From contig CAWJSJ010000002.1 of NCBI GenBank assembly GCA_963845565.1, positions 1,888,001-1,952,000 of the forward strand: 64,000 nt of DNA. The letters are read 5' to 3'. Origin of the DNA: an uncultured Methylomirabilota bacterium (GTDB taxonomy: Bacteria > Methylomirabilota > Methylomirabilia > Methylomirabilales > 2-02-FULL-66-22). This document shows positions 8,995 through 19,272 of the stretch, one piece after another. A program made the position numbers and the translations under genes. Under the pieces are notes generated by a model. The model did no database searches and was not told the DNA's origin. It saw only the letters and a program-made list of their open reading frames with translations. The stretch's first letter is position 1. Every line of letters begins with the position of its first letter.

Positions 8995-10047
8995 ATGACG
9001 AAAAGGACGCGCACCACAACAACTGCGAATCCCGGGTTGACCCGACGTCGGTTCCTGTCCACTGTGGCCAGTGGCGCTGCAGGGATGGCCTGGCTTGCCG
9101 AGCGGACCCCGCCCGCCTTCGCCCAGGGCAAGACGTTCGCGGCGCGCTTCGGCACCGTGATCGCCGCCTCGACGCCGAACGCCCTCGGCGACAAGTACTT
9201 CACCGACGAGGCGAACAAGCGCAGCGGCGGCGCGCTCCAGATCCAGTTCTTCCCGGACGCGCAGATCGGCGCCTCGCGGGATCTGCTGGAAGGGATCCAG
9301 CTCGGCACGGTGCAGTTTGCCGAGGTCTCGACCGCGAACATCACCCCGTTCCTGTCGGATACGATGGTCTTCGATCTCCCCTACGTTTTCACCAGCCAGC
9401 CCGCGCTCCTGAAGTTCTTGGACAGCCCCACCGGAACCGAGAAGCTGGCGATCGAGCGGTTCGCCACCATCCGGATGCGCGGCCTCGCCTGGTACGACAC
9501 CGGGACCCGGTGCATCTACAACAGTCGGAAGCCGATCGTGACGCCCGACGACCTGAAGGGGATGAAGATCCGCGTGGAGGAGAACCCGGTCCGGGTGGCC
9601 TCCCTGAACGCTATGGGGGCGCAGGCCACGCCGATGTCCTTCGCCGAGGTGTACGGCGCCCTGCAGCAGCGGGTCATGGACGGCGCCGAGAACTCCGCGC
9701 AGACCTACATGGCAAACAAGCACTTCGAGGTGGCGTCGCTCTTCTCGCTCACGGACCACTTCATCACGCCGAACTGTGTCGTCGTCTCCACGAGCTGGTT
9801 CGGCGGGCTGCCCAAGGAACTGCAGGACCTCCTCATCCAGGTCGGGAAGGATGCCGCGCAGTACGAGCGCAAGGTCTGGGCGGAGGTCGGGGGCAAGCTG
9901 GCCGATTCGATGAAGGGGGCCGGGGTCAAGATCAACGAGAGCGACAAGAAGGCGTTCCGGGCCACGGTGACGAAGGTGCAAGAGGAGTACGCCAAGAAGA
10001 TCCCGAAGGAGTGGTGGGACACCGTTATGAAATCAGCCGGCGCGTAG
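8995..10047 (+). CDS. dctP: TRAP transporter substrate-binding protein, Tat-exported
   Basis: TRRRFL signal; DLKGMKIRV; EVYGALQQRVMDGAEN. Confidence 0.92.
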   Translation: MTKRTRTTTTANPGLTRRRFLSTVASGAAGMAWLAERTPPAFAQGKTFAARFGTVIAASTPNALGDKYFTDEANKRSGGALQIQFFPDAQIGASRDLLEGIQLGTVQFAEVSTANITPFLSDTMVFDLPYVFTSQPALLKFLDSPTGTEKLAIERFATIRMRGLAWYDTGTRCIYNSRKPIVTPDDLKGMKIRVEENPVRVASLNAMGAQATPMSFAEVYGALQQRVMDGAENSAQTYMANKHFEVASLFSLTDHFITPNCVVVSTSWFGGLPKELQDLLIQVGKDAAQYERKVWAEVGGKLADSMKGAGVKINESDKKAFRATVTKVQEEYAKKIPKEWWDTVMKSAGA

Positions 10048-10192
10048 CAGGCTGCTTGAAAAATGCCCATCTGCGGTGACCCACCCTTGGTGGATACCCC
10101 GAGGGCCTCGCCGCTAGCTGCGACGTACCTCCAGCACGTCTCGCTCGACCTGCGGCAAACCGCCTTGCACCTGGGCATTTTTGAGCAGCCTG
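10048..10192. repeat. MITE-like repeat family A, copy 1
   Basis: Ends CAGGCTGCTTGAAAAATGCCCA / TGGGCATTTTTGAGCAGCCTG; homologous to 24067 and 25021. Confidence 0.85.
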
Positions 10193-10228
10193 GCGCGATA
10201 GCCTTCAGCGTTTGTCTGGAGAAACGGC

Positions 10229-10723
10229 ATGTTGGTCCGCCTGTGGGACAAGGGGTTGGCGGCAACGGTCGCCGCGAGCTATGCGGTGATCGTCGCCGTC
10301 GGGTTCGCGCAGGTCCTGTTCCGGTTCGTGTTTTCCAGCCCGCTCTCCTGGTCCGAGGAGCTGGTCCGCTACGTGTTCGTCTGGTCCGTGTTCCTCACGG
10401 CAGCCATAGCGTTTCACCTGAACAGCCATATCAGCATCGATTTCTTGACGTCGCGGTATCCGCCGCGGCTGCAGCGCGCCTGCGCGCTGGCCTCCTGGAT
10501 TGCCGTGATCCTTGCTGTGGCCATCCTGTTCGTGCTCGGGATGCAACTGGTCCTGGCACCGTCCGTCCGATTCCAGAAATCGCCGGCGATGGAAATCCCG
10601 ATGACGGTCCCGTACGCGGCGATCCCGGTCGGCTGTGCCGTGATGATGGTGAACATCCTCCGGGGTGCGTGGCGGACGTGGAGGGGGACGCAGGCGCCCG
10701 CCGCACACATCGAGGTCGCGTGA
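10229..10723 (+). CDS. dctQ: TRAP small permease
   Basis: QVLFRF, WSEELVRY, HISIDF; 4 TM. Confidence 0.9.
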   Translation: MLVRLWDKGLAATVAASYAVIVAVGFAQVLFRFVFSSPLSWSEELVRYVFVWSVFLTAAIAFHLNSHISIDFLTSRYPPRLQRACALASWIAVILAVAILFVLGMQLVLAPSVRFQKSPAMEIPMTVPYAAIPVGCAVMMVNILRGAWRTWRGTQAPAAHIEVA

Positions 10724-10724
10724 C

Positions 10725-12023
10725 GTGTTCACCGCGCTGTTCGTCACTTTCCTGGTCCTGATGTTCGGTCTCGGGGCGCCGCTGGCGATCACCATGGTGT
10801 TATCATCGCTGGCGGCGCTCTGGGTTCACGGGACGCTGCCGGGCGCCGCCCCGATCCCCCTCGTCGTCACGCCGCAGCGGATGTTCATCATCGTGGACTC
10901 CTTTCCGCTGATGGCGGTCCCGTACTTCATCTTGGCCGGCGAGTTGATGGAGCGGGGCGGGATCTCGCTCCGGCTGGTGAAGTTCGCCGTGGCCCTCGTC
11001 GGCCGCGTCCGGGGAGGCATCTGTCTTGCCGCGGTCCTGGCGAGCATGATCTTCGCCGGGGTGTCCGGATCCGGGGCCGCCGACACGGCTGCGGTCGGGT
11101 CGCTCACCATCCCGGCGATGATCAAGAAGGGCTATCCGCGTGGTTTCGTGGCGGCCCTCCAGGCGGTCGCGGGGGCCATTGGGCCCATCATTCCACCCAG
11201 TATCGTGATGCTGATCTACGCGTCGATCGCGAACCAGTCCCCGGCTCGCATGTTTCTGGGGGGGATCATCCCGGGCATTCTGATCGGGCTGGGTCTGATG
11301 GGGGTGAGCTACGCCTATTCCATCCGACACGGCTTCGGTGCCGAAGAGGCGGCCGGGTGGCGGGAGGTCCTGCGGGCAACCGTGGATGCGAGCTGGGCGC
11401 TGGTGAGCCCGGTGATCATCCTGGGCGGCATCCTGAGCGGCGTCTTTACGGCCACGGAGGCTGGGGTCATCGCCGTTGTGTACGCGCTTCTGGTTGGAGT
11501 CTTTGTCTACAAGGAAATCCGGTGGACCGAGCTTCCGGCGGCGCTGGTCAAGGCGGCGCTCACGACCAGCATCGTGATGTTCGTGGTGGCGGCATCGGGC
11601 ATCTTCGGGTGGCTCTTGGCCGCCGCCCGCGCACCGGTCGTGGCGGCGCAGTTCTTGACGTCACTGACGGACAACCGGTTCATGATCTTCCTGATCGTGA
11701 TCGTGTTTCTGTTGATCGTCGGCGGCCTGATGGAGGAGGCGGCGTCCATCATCATTCTGGTGCCGGTCCTGCATCCCCTCGCCGTACGCTTCGGCATCAA
11801 CGAGCTGCACTGGGCCGTGATCCTGTCCATGACGCTGGTGGTGGGCGCCGTGACGCCGCCGGTCGCGAGCTTTCTCTTCATCTCGACCGCCATCGCCAAG
11901 ACGACTCTGAGCGACGCCTCTCGCAACGTCTGGATCTTCCTCGCCGTCATGGTCGGTGTTATCCTGCTTTCCGTGATCCTCCCCGATCTCGTTCTCTTTC
12001 TTCCGCGACTGCTGATGGGATAA
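10725..12023 (+). CDS. dctM: TRAP large permease
   Basis: FPLMAVPYFILAG, GVSGSGAAD, IIPPSI, TATEAG. Confidence 0.92.
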   Translation: MFTALFVTFLVLMFGLGAPLAITMVLSSLAALWVHGTLPGAAPIPLVVTPQRMFIIVDSFPLMAVPYFILAGELMERGGISLRLVKFAVALVGRVRGGICLAAVLASMIFAGVSGSGAADTAAVGSLTIPAMIKKGYPRGFVAALQAVAGAIGPIIPPSIVMLIYASIANQSPARMFLGGIIPGILIGLGLMGVSYAYSIRHGFGAEEAAGWREVLRATVDASWALVSPVIILGGILSGVFTATEAGVIAVVYALLVGVFVYKEIRWTELPAALVKAALTTSIVMFVVAASGIFGWLLAAARAPVVAAQFLTSLTDNRFMIFLIVIVFLLIVGGLMEEAASIIILVPVLHPLAVRFGINELHWAVILSMTLVVGAVTPPVASFLFISTAIAKTTLSDASRNVWIFLAVMVGVILLSVILPDLVLFLPRLLMG

Positions 12024-12123
12024 GAAAGCGGTCAAGACGATCGCCAAGTCGCTGCGGTGAGCCGCGCCGCTCGGTGGCGAGGTACAACGGGCGGTCCGGC
12101 CGATGGGAGGGTGGTGGCCCGCG

Positions 12124-14004
12124 TCAGGACGCTTCGATCGTCGGGCCCGCAGGGCTCCGCCGGTAGAGCCACCGGCGGTCGAGGAACACAAAGACGCTGC
12201 CGAGGGCAGCCAGGAGATCCCACGCCCAGTGGGGGATGATCCAAAGGATTCCCACGGCGATCAGGACCAGCCGGCCCGCCCAGGAGAGGGGGCCGCGAAG
12301 CTGCCCGATGAATCCCGCGCTCAGTGTGACCATGGCCAGGGTGGTCCGGACGACGGATGCCACGACGGCCAATGGCCCGCCTCCCACGATCAGCAGCATG
12401 GAATAATCGTAGACGAAGACGAAGGGGAGGAGGAACGCGGCGTAGCTCAACCGCAGGCTGTAGCGGGCCGTCTCCATCCAGTCGGCCCCGGCCATGCCTG
12501 CGGCGATGTAGACCGCGCCGCAGACCGGCGGCGTGATCGCGGAGAGGATCGCGAAGTAGAACACGAACAGGTGGGCGGCCAACGGGTGGACGCCGAGCTG
12601 GATCAGCGCGGGTGCGGCCACGATCACTGCCATGATGTATGCGGCGGTCGTCGGAACCTCCATTCCCAGGATGATGCAGGTGACCATGGTGAGGACCAGT
12701 GTCAGAAACAGTGACCCGCCGCTCATCTGGATGATGAAGGTGGAGATCTTCACGCCGAGGCCGGTGTGGGAGAGAATGGCGATGATGATCTGCGCGCAGG
12801 CGCAGATACTGGCGATCATGGCGACCTGGGGTCCGCCCTCGCGGATGGCGCGCACCACTTTCTGGAAGGCGGTTCGGTCGAAGCGAAACTCCGTGGTGAG
12901 AAGCGCCAGCGGGAGCGTGCTGAGGGTCGCCCAGAAGGCTGCGTACTGCGGCGTATAGGCCAGAACGAGGAAGGTCAGCAGGACGCCGAACGGTGCGGCG
13001 AAAAATGCGCTGGTGCGCAGGGTGTCTCGCCACGACGGCAACTCGCCGGCGTCCAGCCCCCGCAGGCCGTCCCGCATGGCGAAGAAATGAATGCCCACCC
13101 AGCAGGTGAAGTAGTAAAGCACCGCCGGGAAAAAGGCGGCGATGGCGATCTTGAGATAGGGGGTCTGGGTCAGTTCGGCCATGATGAACGCGCCGGCCCC
13201 CATGATGGGGGGCATGATCTGGCCCCCGGTGGACGCCACCGCCTCCACCGCCGCGGCAAATGCCGGTCGGAAGCCCAGCTTCTTCATCATGGGGATGGTG
13301 AAGGCGCCCGTGGTGACCACGTTGGCCGAGGCACTCCCCGAGATCGTTCCAAACATGGCGCTGGCCACGGTGGCCACCTTGGCCGGACCGCCGCGGAGCC
13401 GGCCGGTCGTCCGAATCGAGAGCAGGCGGAAGCCCGTTCCGCCACCCGTCTCTCCCACGAAGGCGCCCATGAACACGAAGATGGCGATGATGTTTGCGGA
13501 GATCCCCGTGAGCTGCCCCCAGATCCCGCCCGTGGTGAGATACAGCATCCCCACGATCTGCGCGAGATCGTACTTCACGTGCCCGAAGTACCCGGGGATG
13601 TGATGGCCGTACAGCGCATAGAGCAAGAAGAGCAGGGTGATCGTGGGAAGGATCGGCCGGATCATCCGGCGGGCGGCTTCCAGGACGACGAGGACCATGA
13701 GCAGCCCCAGGACCGTCTGCCCGGTGCCCGTCACCACGCCGTATTGATCCAGCACCGCCTGGAAGTTGACGATGATGTAGCCGCACAGGAACAGGCCGAG
13801 CGCGGTCAAGCCCGCATCCAGCCATCGCGCCATTCGCCCGCCCGCCTGCCGCGACGTCAGGAAGATGAGGGGAATGGCCAGTCCGACGTGAAGCGCTCGC
13901 TCGATCAGGTTCGGGACGAAGGCGTACACGGGTAGGAGCAGGGCGAACAGCGCCAGGCCTAGCGAGCAGGAAAACGCGATGACGGAGCGCAGCCTCGAAT
14001 ACAT
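12124..14004 (-). CDS. TAXI-type TRAP 4TM/12TM fused permease
   Basis: RGGPAK, GTISGSASANV, GGQIMPPIMGAGAF, ITPPV. Confidence 0.9.
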   Translation of the reverse strand: MYSRLRSVIAFSCSLGLALFALLLPVYAFVPNLIERALHVGLAIPLIFLTSRQAGGRMARWLDAGLTALGLFLCGYIIVNFQAVLDQYGVVTGTGQTVLGLLMVLVVLEAARRMIRPILPTITLLFLLYALYGHHIPGYFGHVKYDLAQIVGMLYLTTGGIWGQLTGISANIIAIFVFMGAFVGETGGGTGFRLLSIRTTGRLRGGPAKVATVASAMFGTISGSASANVVTTGAFTIPMMKKLGFRPAFAAAVEAVASTGGQIMPPIMGAGAFIMAELTQTPYLKIAIAAFFPAVLYYFTCWVGIHFFAMRDGLRGLDAGELPSWRDTLRTSAFFAAPFGVLLTFLVLAYTPQYAAFWATLSTLPLALLTTEFRFDRTAFQKVVRAIREGGPQVAMIASICACAQIIIAILSHTGLGVKISTFIIQMSGGSLFLTLVLTMVTCIILGMEVPTTAAYIMAVIVAAPALIQLGVHPLAAHLFVFYFAILSAITPPVCGAVYIAAGMAGADWMETARYSLRLSYAAFLLPFVFVYDYSMLLIVGGGPLAVVASVVRTTLAMVTLSAGFIGQLRGPLSWAGRLVLIAVGILWIIPHWAWDLLAALGSVFVFLDRRWLYRRSPAGPTIEAS

Positions 14005-14027
14005 GTCGGGACCCCGCGGAGACAACA

Positions 14028-14060
14028 ATGCGGAGGGCGCCGGACGGCAACCCTCCGCAT
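14028..14060. other. Intercistronic stem-loop between TAXI binding protein and permease
   Basis: ATGCGGAGGG...CCCTCCGCAT, perfect 10-bp stem. Confidence 0.55.
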
Positions 14061-14074
14061 AGAGAGGGGTGCGC

Positions 14075-15040
14075 CTACCGCATCGAGGCCGGGATCTCGA
14101 CCCCGACCTCCTTGTAATACCGCTGGGCTCCCGGGTGCACCTTGGCGACTCCGTAGCGGACCCCGGTGATGTCCAGACCCTTTCCGGTGGCGTGGGCATC
14201 CGCGATCATCTTTCGATGGTCCCAGAAGGCCTTGGTGAGCTTATAGGCCAGGTCGTCGGACAAATCGTCCGTCGTGTACATCAGGACCGGCGACGCCACG
14301 GTCTTGGTGTCGCCGGTCACCCCCTTGTAGGTGTCGGTCGGGATGACGGTCGGCGAATAGGTCGGATCGATCTCGGCCAGCTTCGTGTATTCGGCGTCGC
14401 CGATCTCCAGCAAGCGGATCGGTGTGGTTGCGACCAACTCCATCACCATCGGGGTGGGGAACGGGCTGCCGGTCGTGAACCCGACGGCGCGCCGGTTGGC
14501 CACCGCGTCGACGCCTTCCTTCAGATCCACGGCCGGGAGGTCCACCTTGCCATCCAGTCCGTAGACCTTCAGGACCAGCTTGGTCAGCCGTTCGGTGGCG
14601 GTCCCGATGCCGCCGGGAATGAAGCGCTTCCCCTCAAGGTCCCGGATCGTCTTGATCCCGCTGTCCTGCCGGACGACCCAGTGCATCACCACGCCGGGGA
14701 AGGCCCAGAGCGTGCGAATCCGCTCGTATCCTCCCTCGTCGAAGGGTTTGGTCTTCTTGGCCGTCTGTGCGATGAGATCCGAGGTCGAAGTGAAGAGGTA
14801 GCTGGACCGGCTACGGGCCTCCTTGACATTGGCCACCGACCCCAGGCTTTCTTCCACCGAGACCTCGACTCCCGGGACGGTCATGAGCGCCTTGCTCGTG
14901 CCGATGGCCAGCGCGTAATACGAGGTGCCGGCCCGCGCGGACTTCACCACGAGGCGTGTCTGCGCCAAGCCGTCGGCCGTCCAGCCGCCGATCCCACACA
15001 CGACCAGCGCCACCACGCCAATGACCCACCGTCGCTTCAT
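14075..15040 (-). CDS. TAXI-family TRAP solute-binding protein
   Basis: Signal peptide; GSVAN, DLEGKR, HPGAQRYY. Confidence 0.88.
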   Translation of the reverse strand: MKRRWVIGVVALVVCGIGGWTADGLAQTRLVVKSARAGTSYYALAIGTSKALMTVPGVEVSVEESLGSVANVKEARSRSSYLFTSTSDLIAQTAKKTKPFDEGGYERIRTLWAFPGVVMHWVVRQDSGIKTIRDLEGKRFIPGGIGTATERLTKLVLKVYGLDGKVDLPAVDLKEGVDAVANRRAVGFTTGSPFPTPMVMELVATTPIRLLEIGDAEYTKLAEIDPTYSPTVIPTDTYKGVTGDTKTVASPVLMYTTDDLSDDLAYKLTKAFWDHRKMIADAHATGKGLDITGVRYGVAKVHPGAQRYYKEVGVEIPASMR

Positions 15041-15379
15041 AGCTCGTCCCCCCTTTTGAATCGTCCACCATCCGTTGTTTCCGGTTTCATCGCCAGGCCC
15101 CTGCCGATCCGTGGTAGCGCCATGTTCCCCGTGAAGCCCAGGACGAACCGGCAAGCGCGCGGAGCTGAAGATTAGCCTGCCAACCGCCACTAGCCTGTGC
15201 AAGATGAATCCGGATGGGGCCACACGTCAAGGAGAAATCCGAGGCGCCCGACGAAGCGTCCGGTGGTGCGGACAGGTTATCGGGCACACCCCATCATGCC
15301 TGGGCGGGGCATCCCGATCCGCGCCGCTGCGTCGGGACGTACGCCCGGGCCGAGCGATAAGACACGGCCCCACCACCGC

Positions 15380-15408
15380 TTGACAAACCCCTGGGCTCGG
15401 CGTAGCGT
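15380..15408 (+). promoter_or_regulatory. Putative sigma70 promoter
   Basis: TTGACA-17-TAGCGT. Confidence 0.5.
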
Positions 15409-15424
15409 TTTTCGTGAGCACGAA

Positions 15425-15611
15425 TCCCATTCGTATCCCTCACGGTGTCCCATTTGGTAACCCTCGCCTACTGGCGCGAGCGGCTCCCAAGCGGGACCCC
15501 GCCTGTGTCAAGATCGTTGGCGATGAGGAGGGGAGCCGCATGATGACAATCCGAAACGAGCCCCCTGGCACTCGTGAGGGATAGACGAGATCGGGAAAAC
15601 CTTCCCCGATC
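15425..15611 (+). ncRNA. Candidate structured RNA (rod-like, 6S-like architecture, or regulatory leader)
   Basis: TATCCCTCACG(15434)/CGTGAGGGATA(15573) and GCGGCTCCC(15480)/GGGAGCCGC(15531) nested pairings just downstream of a promoter. Confidence 0.4.
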
Positions 15612-15648
15612 CCACATGCGACTACCGTCAAGGAGGAGGGAGATTCCT

Positions 15649-17724
15649 ATGGGTCCATCGCGCCGACTCCTACCGCTCTTGGCGGCTCTTGGCCTGTGGG
15701 GATGCGCTGCCACTCAGGAGATCTCGGTCCGACAGCCGCCAGTCATCAGCCCGCCCGCCCCAGGAACGCCAACGGCCGGCGCGGTCTCCGTCGACATCAC
15801 GCCCCCTCCTGGCATGCCGATGGGCGGATATTCCATGCTGGCGAACAGGGGTCAGGGGTTTCGCACGCGCCTCAAGTCCCGGGTTGTGTATCTGAATGAC
15901 GGCAAGGGGCACTCCGTCGCCCTAGTCCAGGTGGATCTTCCGGCCGCGTCGCTCCTCCTGCATCACAAGGTCGCCGAGGCGGTGGCCGAGAAAACCGGCC
16001 TGAAGCCGGGCGACATCGCCATCACGGCATCCCATAGCCATTCGGCGCCGGCCAACATCTTCGACAACGACTTTTACAACAAGCACATGTCGAGCGGCGA
16101 GTGGCTGGAGACGAGCCACCTTGAATTTCTCACAGGGCAGATCGCCCAGGGTATCTTGCAGGCCCACGAAAACCGCCGTCCGGCCAAGGTTGCCACGGGC
16201 TGCAAAGATATCTTCGGGTACAACCGGAACCGGGCATTGACCTCGTATGTCTTAAACCACGACGTCGGCGAGATCAACCTGGACGACCCGCAGGCGGTAT
16301 TCAAGGCGGTGAACCCGGCGCTGTGCATGGTGCGGGTGGACGTTCAAGACGATCGCGGGAGACACTTGCCCTTGGCGGCCTACTCCGTCTTTTCCGTGCA
16401 CGCCACGGCCCTGACGCCGCCGGTGGAGGTGTACAACGCCGATCTGTTTGCCTACGCACAGAAAGACCTCGAATGGACAATTCGGCGCACGTACGATACA
16501 CCCTGGCCGGTCGTCCATGCACTCACGTCGGGAACGGAAGGCGACATGGCTCCGGCGCTGCGAGATCAGGGGGACAGCACGTTCGGCCATCTCCCGGTTG
16601 ACTGGAAAGAGGCGAAGCGGGTAGGGAAGGGCATTGGCGGGGAGGCCATCCGCTTTTTCGAGGAACTGGGCGATCGCCTGACTGACGACATGGTCGTGGG
16701 CTCTGCCGTGCGGGAACTCAACATCCGCGAGCGCAACGCCGTGGAAGACGTTGTGCTCTGCACGTCCGCGGTGGTGGGGAACCCGCTGGCGGCCGGCGCC
16801 TACGAGCGCCGCGCGCCGTGGCTGGCGGCCGTTCCATTCTTGCGGGGAGGAAACGATCTGTCGCGGCGCTGGTGGCTCACCGATGGCTGCCAGGGCAACA
16901 AGCGGCATCTCCTCTTCTCTTTCCCGCAGTCTCTCCTGGAGCCGAAGGACAGCTTCCCCAATACCGTGATGTTCCAGCTGATCCGGGTGAACGATACGGT
17001 CATTCTTCCCATGCCGTTCGAGGTGACCGTCACCTCAGGCCGCCGCATCGCGGCCCGCGTGCAGGCGGAGTTCGAACAGGCCGGCAAGAACCGCGTCCGG
17101 CACGTGGCGGTCGCCTGCAACTCCAACGGTTACTTCGGGTACACCACCACGCCGGAGGAGTATTCCCGGCAGAATTACGAAGGGGGGCACACGCTGTACG
17201 GTCGGTACTCCACGCCGTACCTCACGACACAGCTCGGCGTGTTGACGCGCGACTTCCTGACAAAGGGCGAGGTGCAGGAACTGCAGCCAGCGTGGACGTA
17301 TCGAGTGAAGGTGGGCACTTTCTATCCGGAGCCCCGGCCCAGCACAGGTCGTCGGGAGGTGGTGGCACAGCCGACGCCGGTGCGGGCGGAGAAGGCGGAG
17401 GAGGAAGACTTCGTCGCCTTCCGGTGGCGGGACGTCGGCCCCCGTGCGGTGGACCTGCACCGGCCGTTGAGCCGCGTGGAGGTCGAGCGCCAGCACCGCT
17501 GGGAGGCGCTGTGGGTGAACGGCGAGCCGATCCACGATGACGGGTACGATCTGGAGGTTCGCTACCTGGCCGCGCGCGGCGAGGGCATGGGCGAGTACGA
17601 GGTGCGCTGGTACAATCCCGCCCCGGGCGGCGCCTACCGGTTCGTGGTCGAGTCGCGGCAGGGGCAGCCCGCCTTGGTCTCTCAACCATTCACCTATACG
17701 GGGTTCAGCGCAACGGCGCCGTGA
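15649..17724 (+). CDS. Neutral/alkaline ceramidase family lipoprotein
   Basis: Lipobox LWGC; DITPP..MGGY, ASHSHSAP, NRNR, VHAT, GTEGD, NGYFGY..EY..QNYEG. Confidence 0.85.
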   Translation: MGPSRRLLPLLAALGLWGCAATQEISVRQPPVISPPAPGTPTAGAVSVDITPPPGMPMGGYSMLANRGQGFRTRLKSRVVYLNDGKGHSVALVQVDLPAASLLLHHKVAEAVAEKTGLKPGDIAITASHSHSAPANIFDNDFYNKHMSSGEWLETSHLEFLTGQIAQGILQAHENRRPAKVATGCKDIFGYNRNRALTSYVLNHDVGEINLDDPQAVFKAVNPALCMVRVDVQDDRGRHLPLAAYSVFSVHATALTPPVEVYNADLFAYAQKDLEWTIRRTYDTPWPVVHALTSGTEGDMAPALRDQGDSTFGHLPVDWKEAKRVGKGIGGEAIRFFEELGDRLTDDMVVGSAVRELNIRERNAVEDVVLCTSAVVGNPLAAGAYERRAPWLAAVPFLRGGNDLSRRWWLTDGCQGNKRHLLFSFPQSLLEPKDSFPNTVMFQLIRVNDTVILPMPFEVTVTSGRRIAARVQAEFEQAGKNRVRHVAVACNSNGYFGYTTTPEEYSRQNYEGGHTLYGRYSTPYLTTQLGVLTRDFLTKGEVQELQPAWTYRVKVGTFYPEPRPSTGRREVVAQPTPVRAEKAEEEDFVAFRWRDVGPRAVDLHRPLSRVEVERQHRWEALWVNGEPIHDDGYDLEVRYLAARGEGMGEYEVRWYNPAPGGAYRFVVESRQGQPALVSQPFTYTGFSATAP

Positions 17725-17776
17725 GCAATCCCTCCGCTGACATTCCACGCACGATGTTCCGGCATCGGAGAGGAGC

Positions 17777-19240
17777 GTGCTGATGGCATGGGCAAGGGTA
17801 GGAACGTCTGTTGCGCGTTGCGACGGGGCGGTGGCGGTGCGTCTTGCTCTGATTCTGGGTCTCGTCGTCAGCACGGCAGGGTGTTCGATCGCGACGCTGG
17901 ACACGATGCGAAACCAGCCGCTGCCCCTGCAAGGGGCGCCCCGTCACACTCGGGCGGCGGAAACTATCACAGCGGACGATCTGACCGACGACCTCTTCAT
18001 CGGGATTGCTCTTTCCGGGGGCGGGAGCCGCGCCGCGAATTTTTCCGCCGCCGTCCTGCTCGAACTGGACCGGCTGGGAATCCTGGGGAAAGCAACCGCC
18101 CTGTCCGCCGTATCCGGCAGTTCGCTTCCCACTGCGTACTTCGGCCTGTACGGCCACGATCGCAGCCGCTGGAACCCGGATGCGGTGCGCGCGCAGTTGA
18201 CGAAGGATTTCGAGATTCGCTGGTTCGGGCGCTGGTTTCTACCGCAGAGCATCCTTCCCTACTGGTTCACCAATTTCAACCGCAGCGACCTCATGAAGGA
18301 GGTCCTCGACAACAACCTGTTCCAGCAAAAGACGTTCGGCGATATGGGCAGCGGGCTCCCGCGCATCCTGGTCAACTCGACGACGTTGACGGAAGGGAAG
18401 CGCTTTGTGTTCAGCGAGGAGCGCTTCAAGGCGCTGCATTCGCGGATCGACACGTTTCCGGTCGCGAACGCGGTCATGGCTTCGAGCGCCGTCCCCGCAG
18501 CGTTCCACGACATGACGCTGCGAGACCACTCCGATCCCAAAGGGGAGACCTACGAGCACGTTGTCGACGGGGGCTCGACCGACAACCTGGGGATCACGAC
18601 GCTGCTCAGCATGGTGAGGGCGCTGTACAGCCGGACGAAGCAACCCAAAGGCTGCTTCTTGTTCGTCGTGGACTCGTATCCGTATCCCCAGTATCCCGCC
18701 CACCGGCACAAGGCAGACACCAGGTCCGGAATCGATTTCATCCTCGACACGAACGTCGCCGCGGCGTCCGCCGACGCACTCCTGATGGCGAGGCGCCTCA
18801 GCCTGCTCGATCAACTGAACGTGGATGCCAGAGAGGTCGACATCGATCCCTTCCAGATCAATGCAGGCAACGACCGGATCCGGCCGGATGTGGCACCGCA
18901 TCAGAATCTTCATGTTGAGTGCGCAGTGTGGCACCTGAGCCTGCAGCGCCTCCTGTCTGCGAGTTTTGCGCGCGAAGCGGTCAAGCGGGACGACGACCTG
19001 CGGGATGACGTCAGATACGTTGCCCGCGTCGTGAACGCGATCCCGACCCGCTTCAAGTTGATGGGAAAAGATCCGCTGAGCGACACGGAGTTGGGCGGCG
19101 ACGTCCTTCAGACCTACCTCTTTCGAGCGGCGAACTACCTCATCCATCTGGACAGTGACCAGACCGGCACGCCGATCCTGAAGCGGGCCTGCGACTGGTT
19201 CGCCGAGCGGGGCGTGCGGGATATCACGTGCGAGAAATAA
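17777..19240 (+). CDS. Patatin-like phospholipase, lipoprotein
   Basis: Lipobox TAGC; LSGGGSRAA, AVSGS nucleophile, ASSAVP, DGG; start uncertain. Confidence 0.82.
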   Translation: MLMAWARVGTSVARCDGAVAVRLALILGLVVSTAGCSIATLDTMRNQPLPLQGAPRHTRAAETITADDLTDDLFIGIALSGGGSRAANFSAAVLLELDRLGILGKATALSAVSGSSLPTAYFGLYGHDRSRWNPDAVRAQLTKDFEIRWFGRWFLPQSILPYWFTNFNRSDLMKEVLDNNLFQQKTFGDMGSGLPRILVNSTTLTEGKRFVFSEERFKALHSRIDTFPVANAVMASSAVPAAFHDMTLRDHSDPKGETYEHVVDGGSTDNLGITTLLSMVRALYSRTKQPKGCFLFVVDSYPYPQYPAHRHKADTRSGIDFILDTNVAAASADALLMARRLSLLDQLNVDAREVDIDPFQINAGNDRIRPDVAPHQNLHVECAVWHLSLQRLLSASFAREAVKRDDDLRDDVRYVARVVNAIPTRFKLMGKDPLSDTELGGDVLQTYLFRAANYLIHLDSDQTGTPILKRACDWFAERGVRDITCEK

Positions 19241-19272
19241 CCAAGACGCCGCAACGCGATTGGAGGGCCGGC

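Noticed and set aside
15519..15550. Fluoride riboswitch-like GGCGATGAGG..TGATGAC
   Set aside because: Lacks the P1 complement and pseudoknot pairing; no fluoride-related gene downstream
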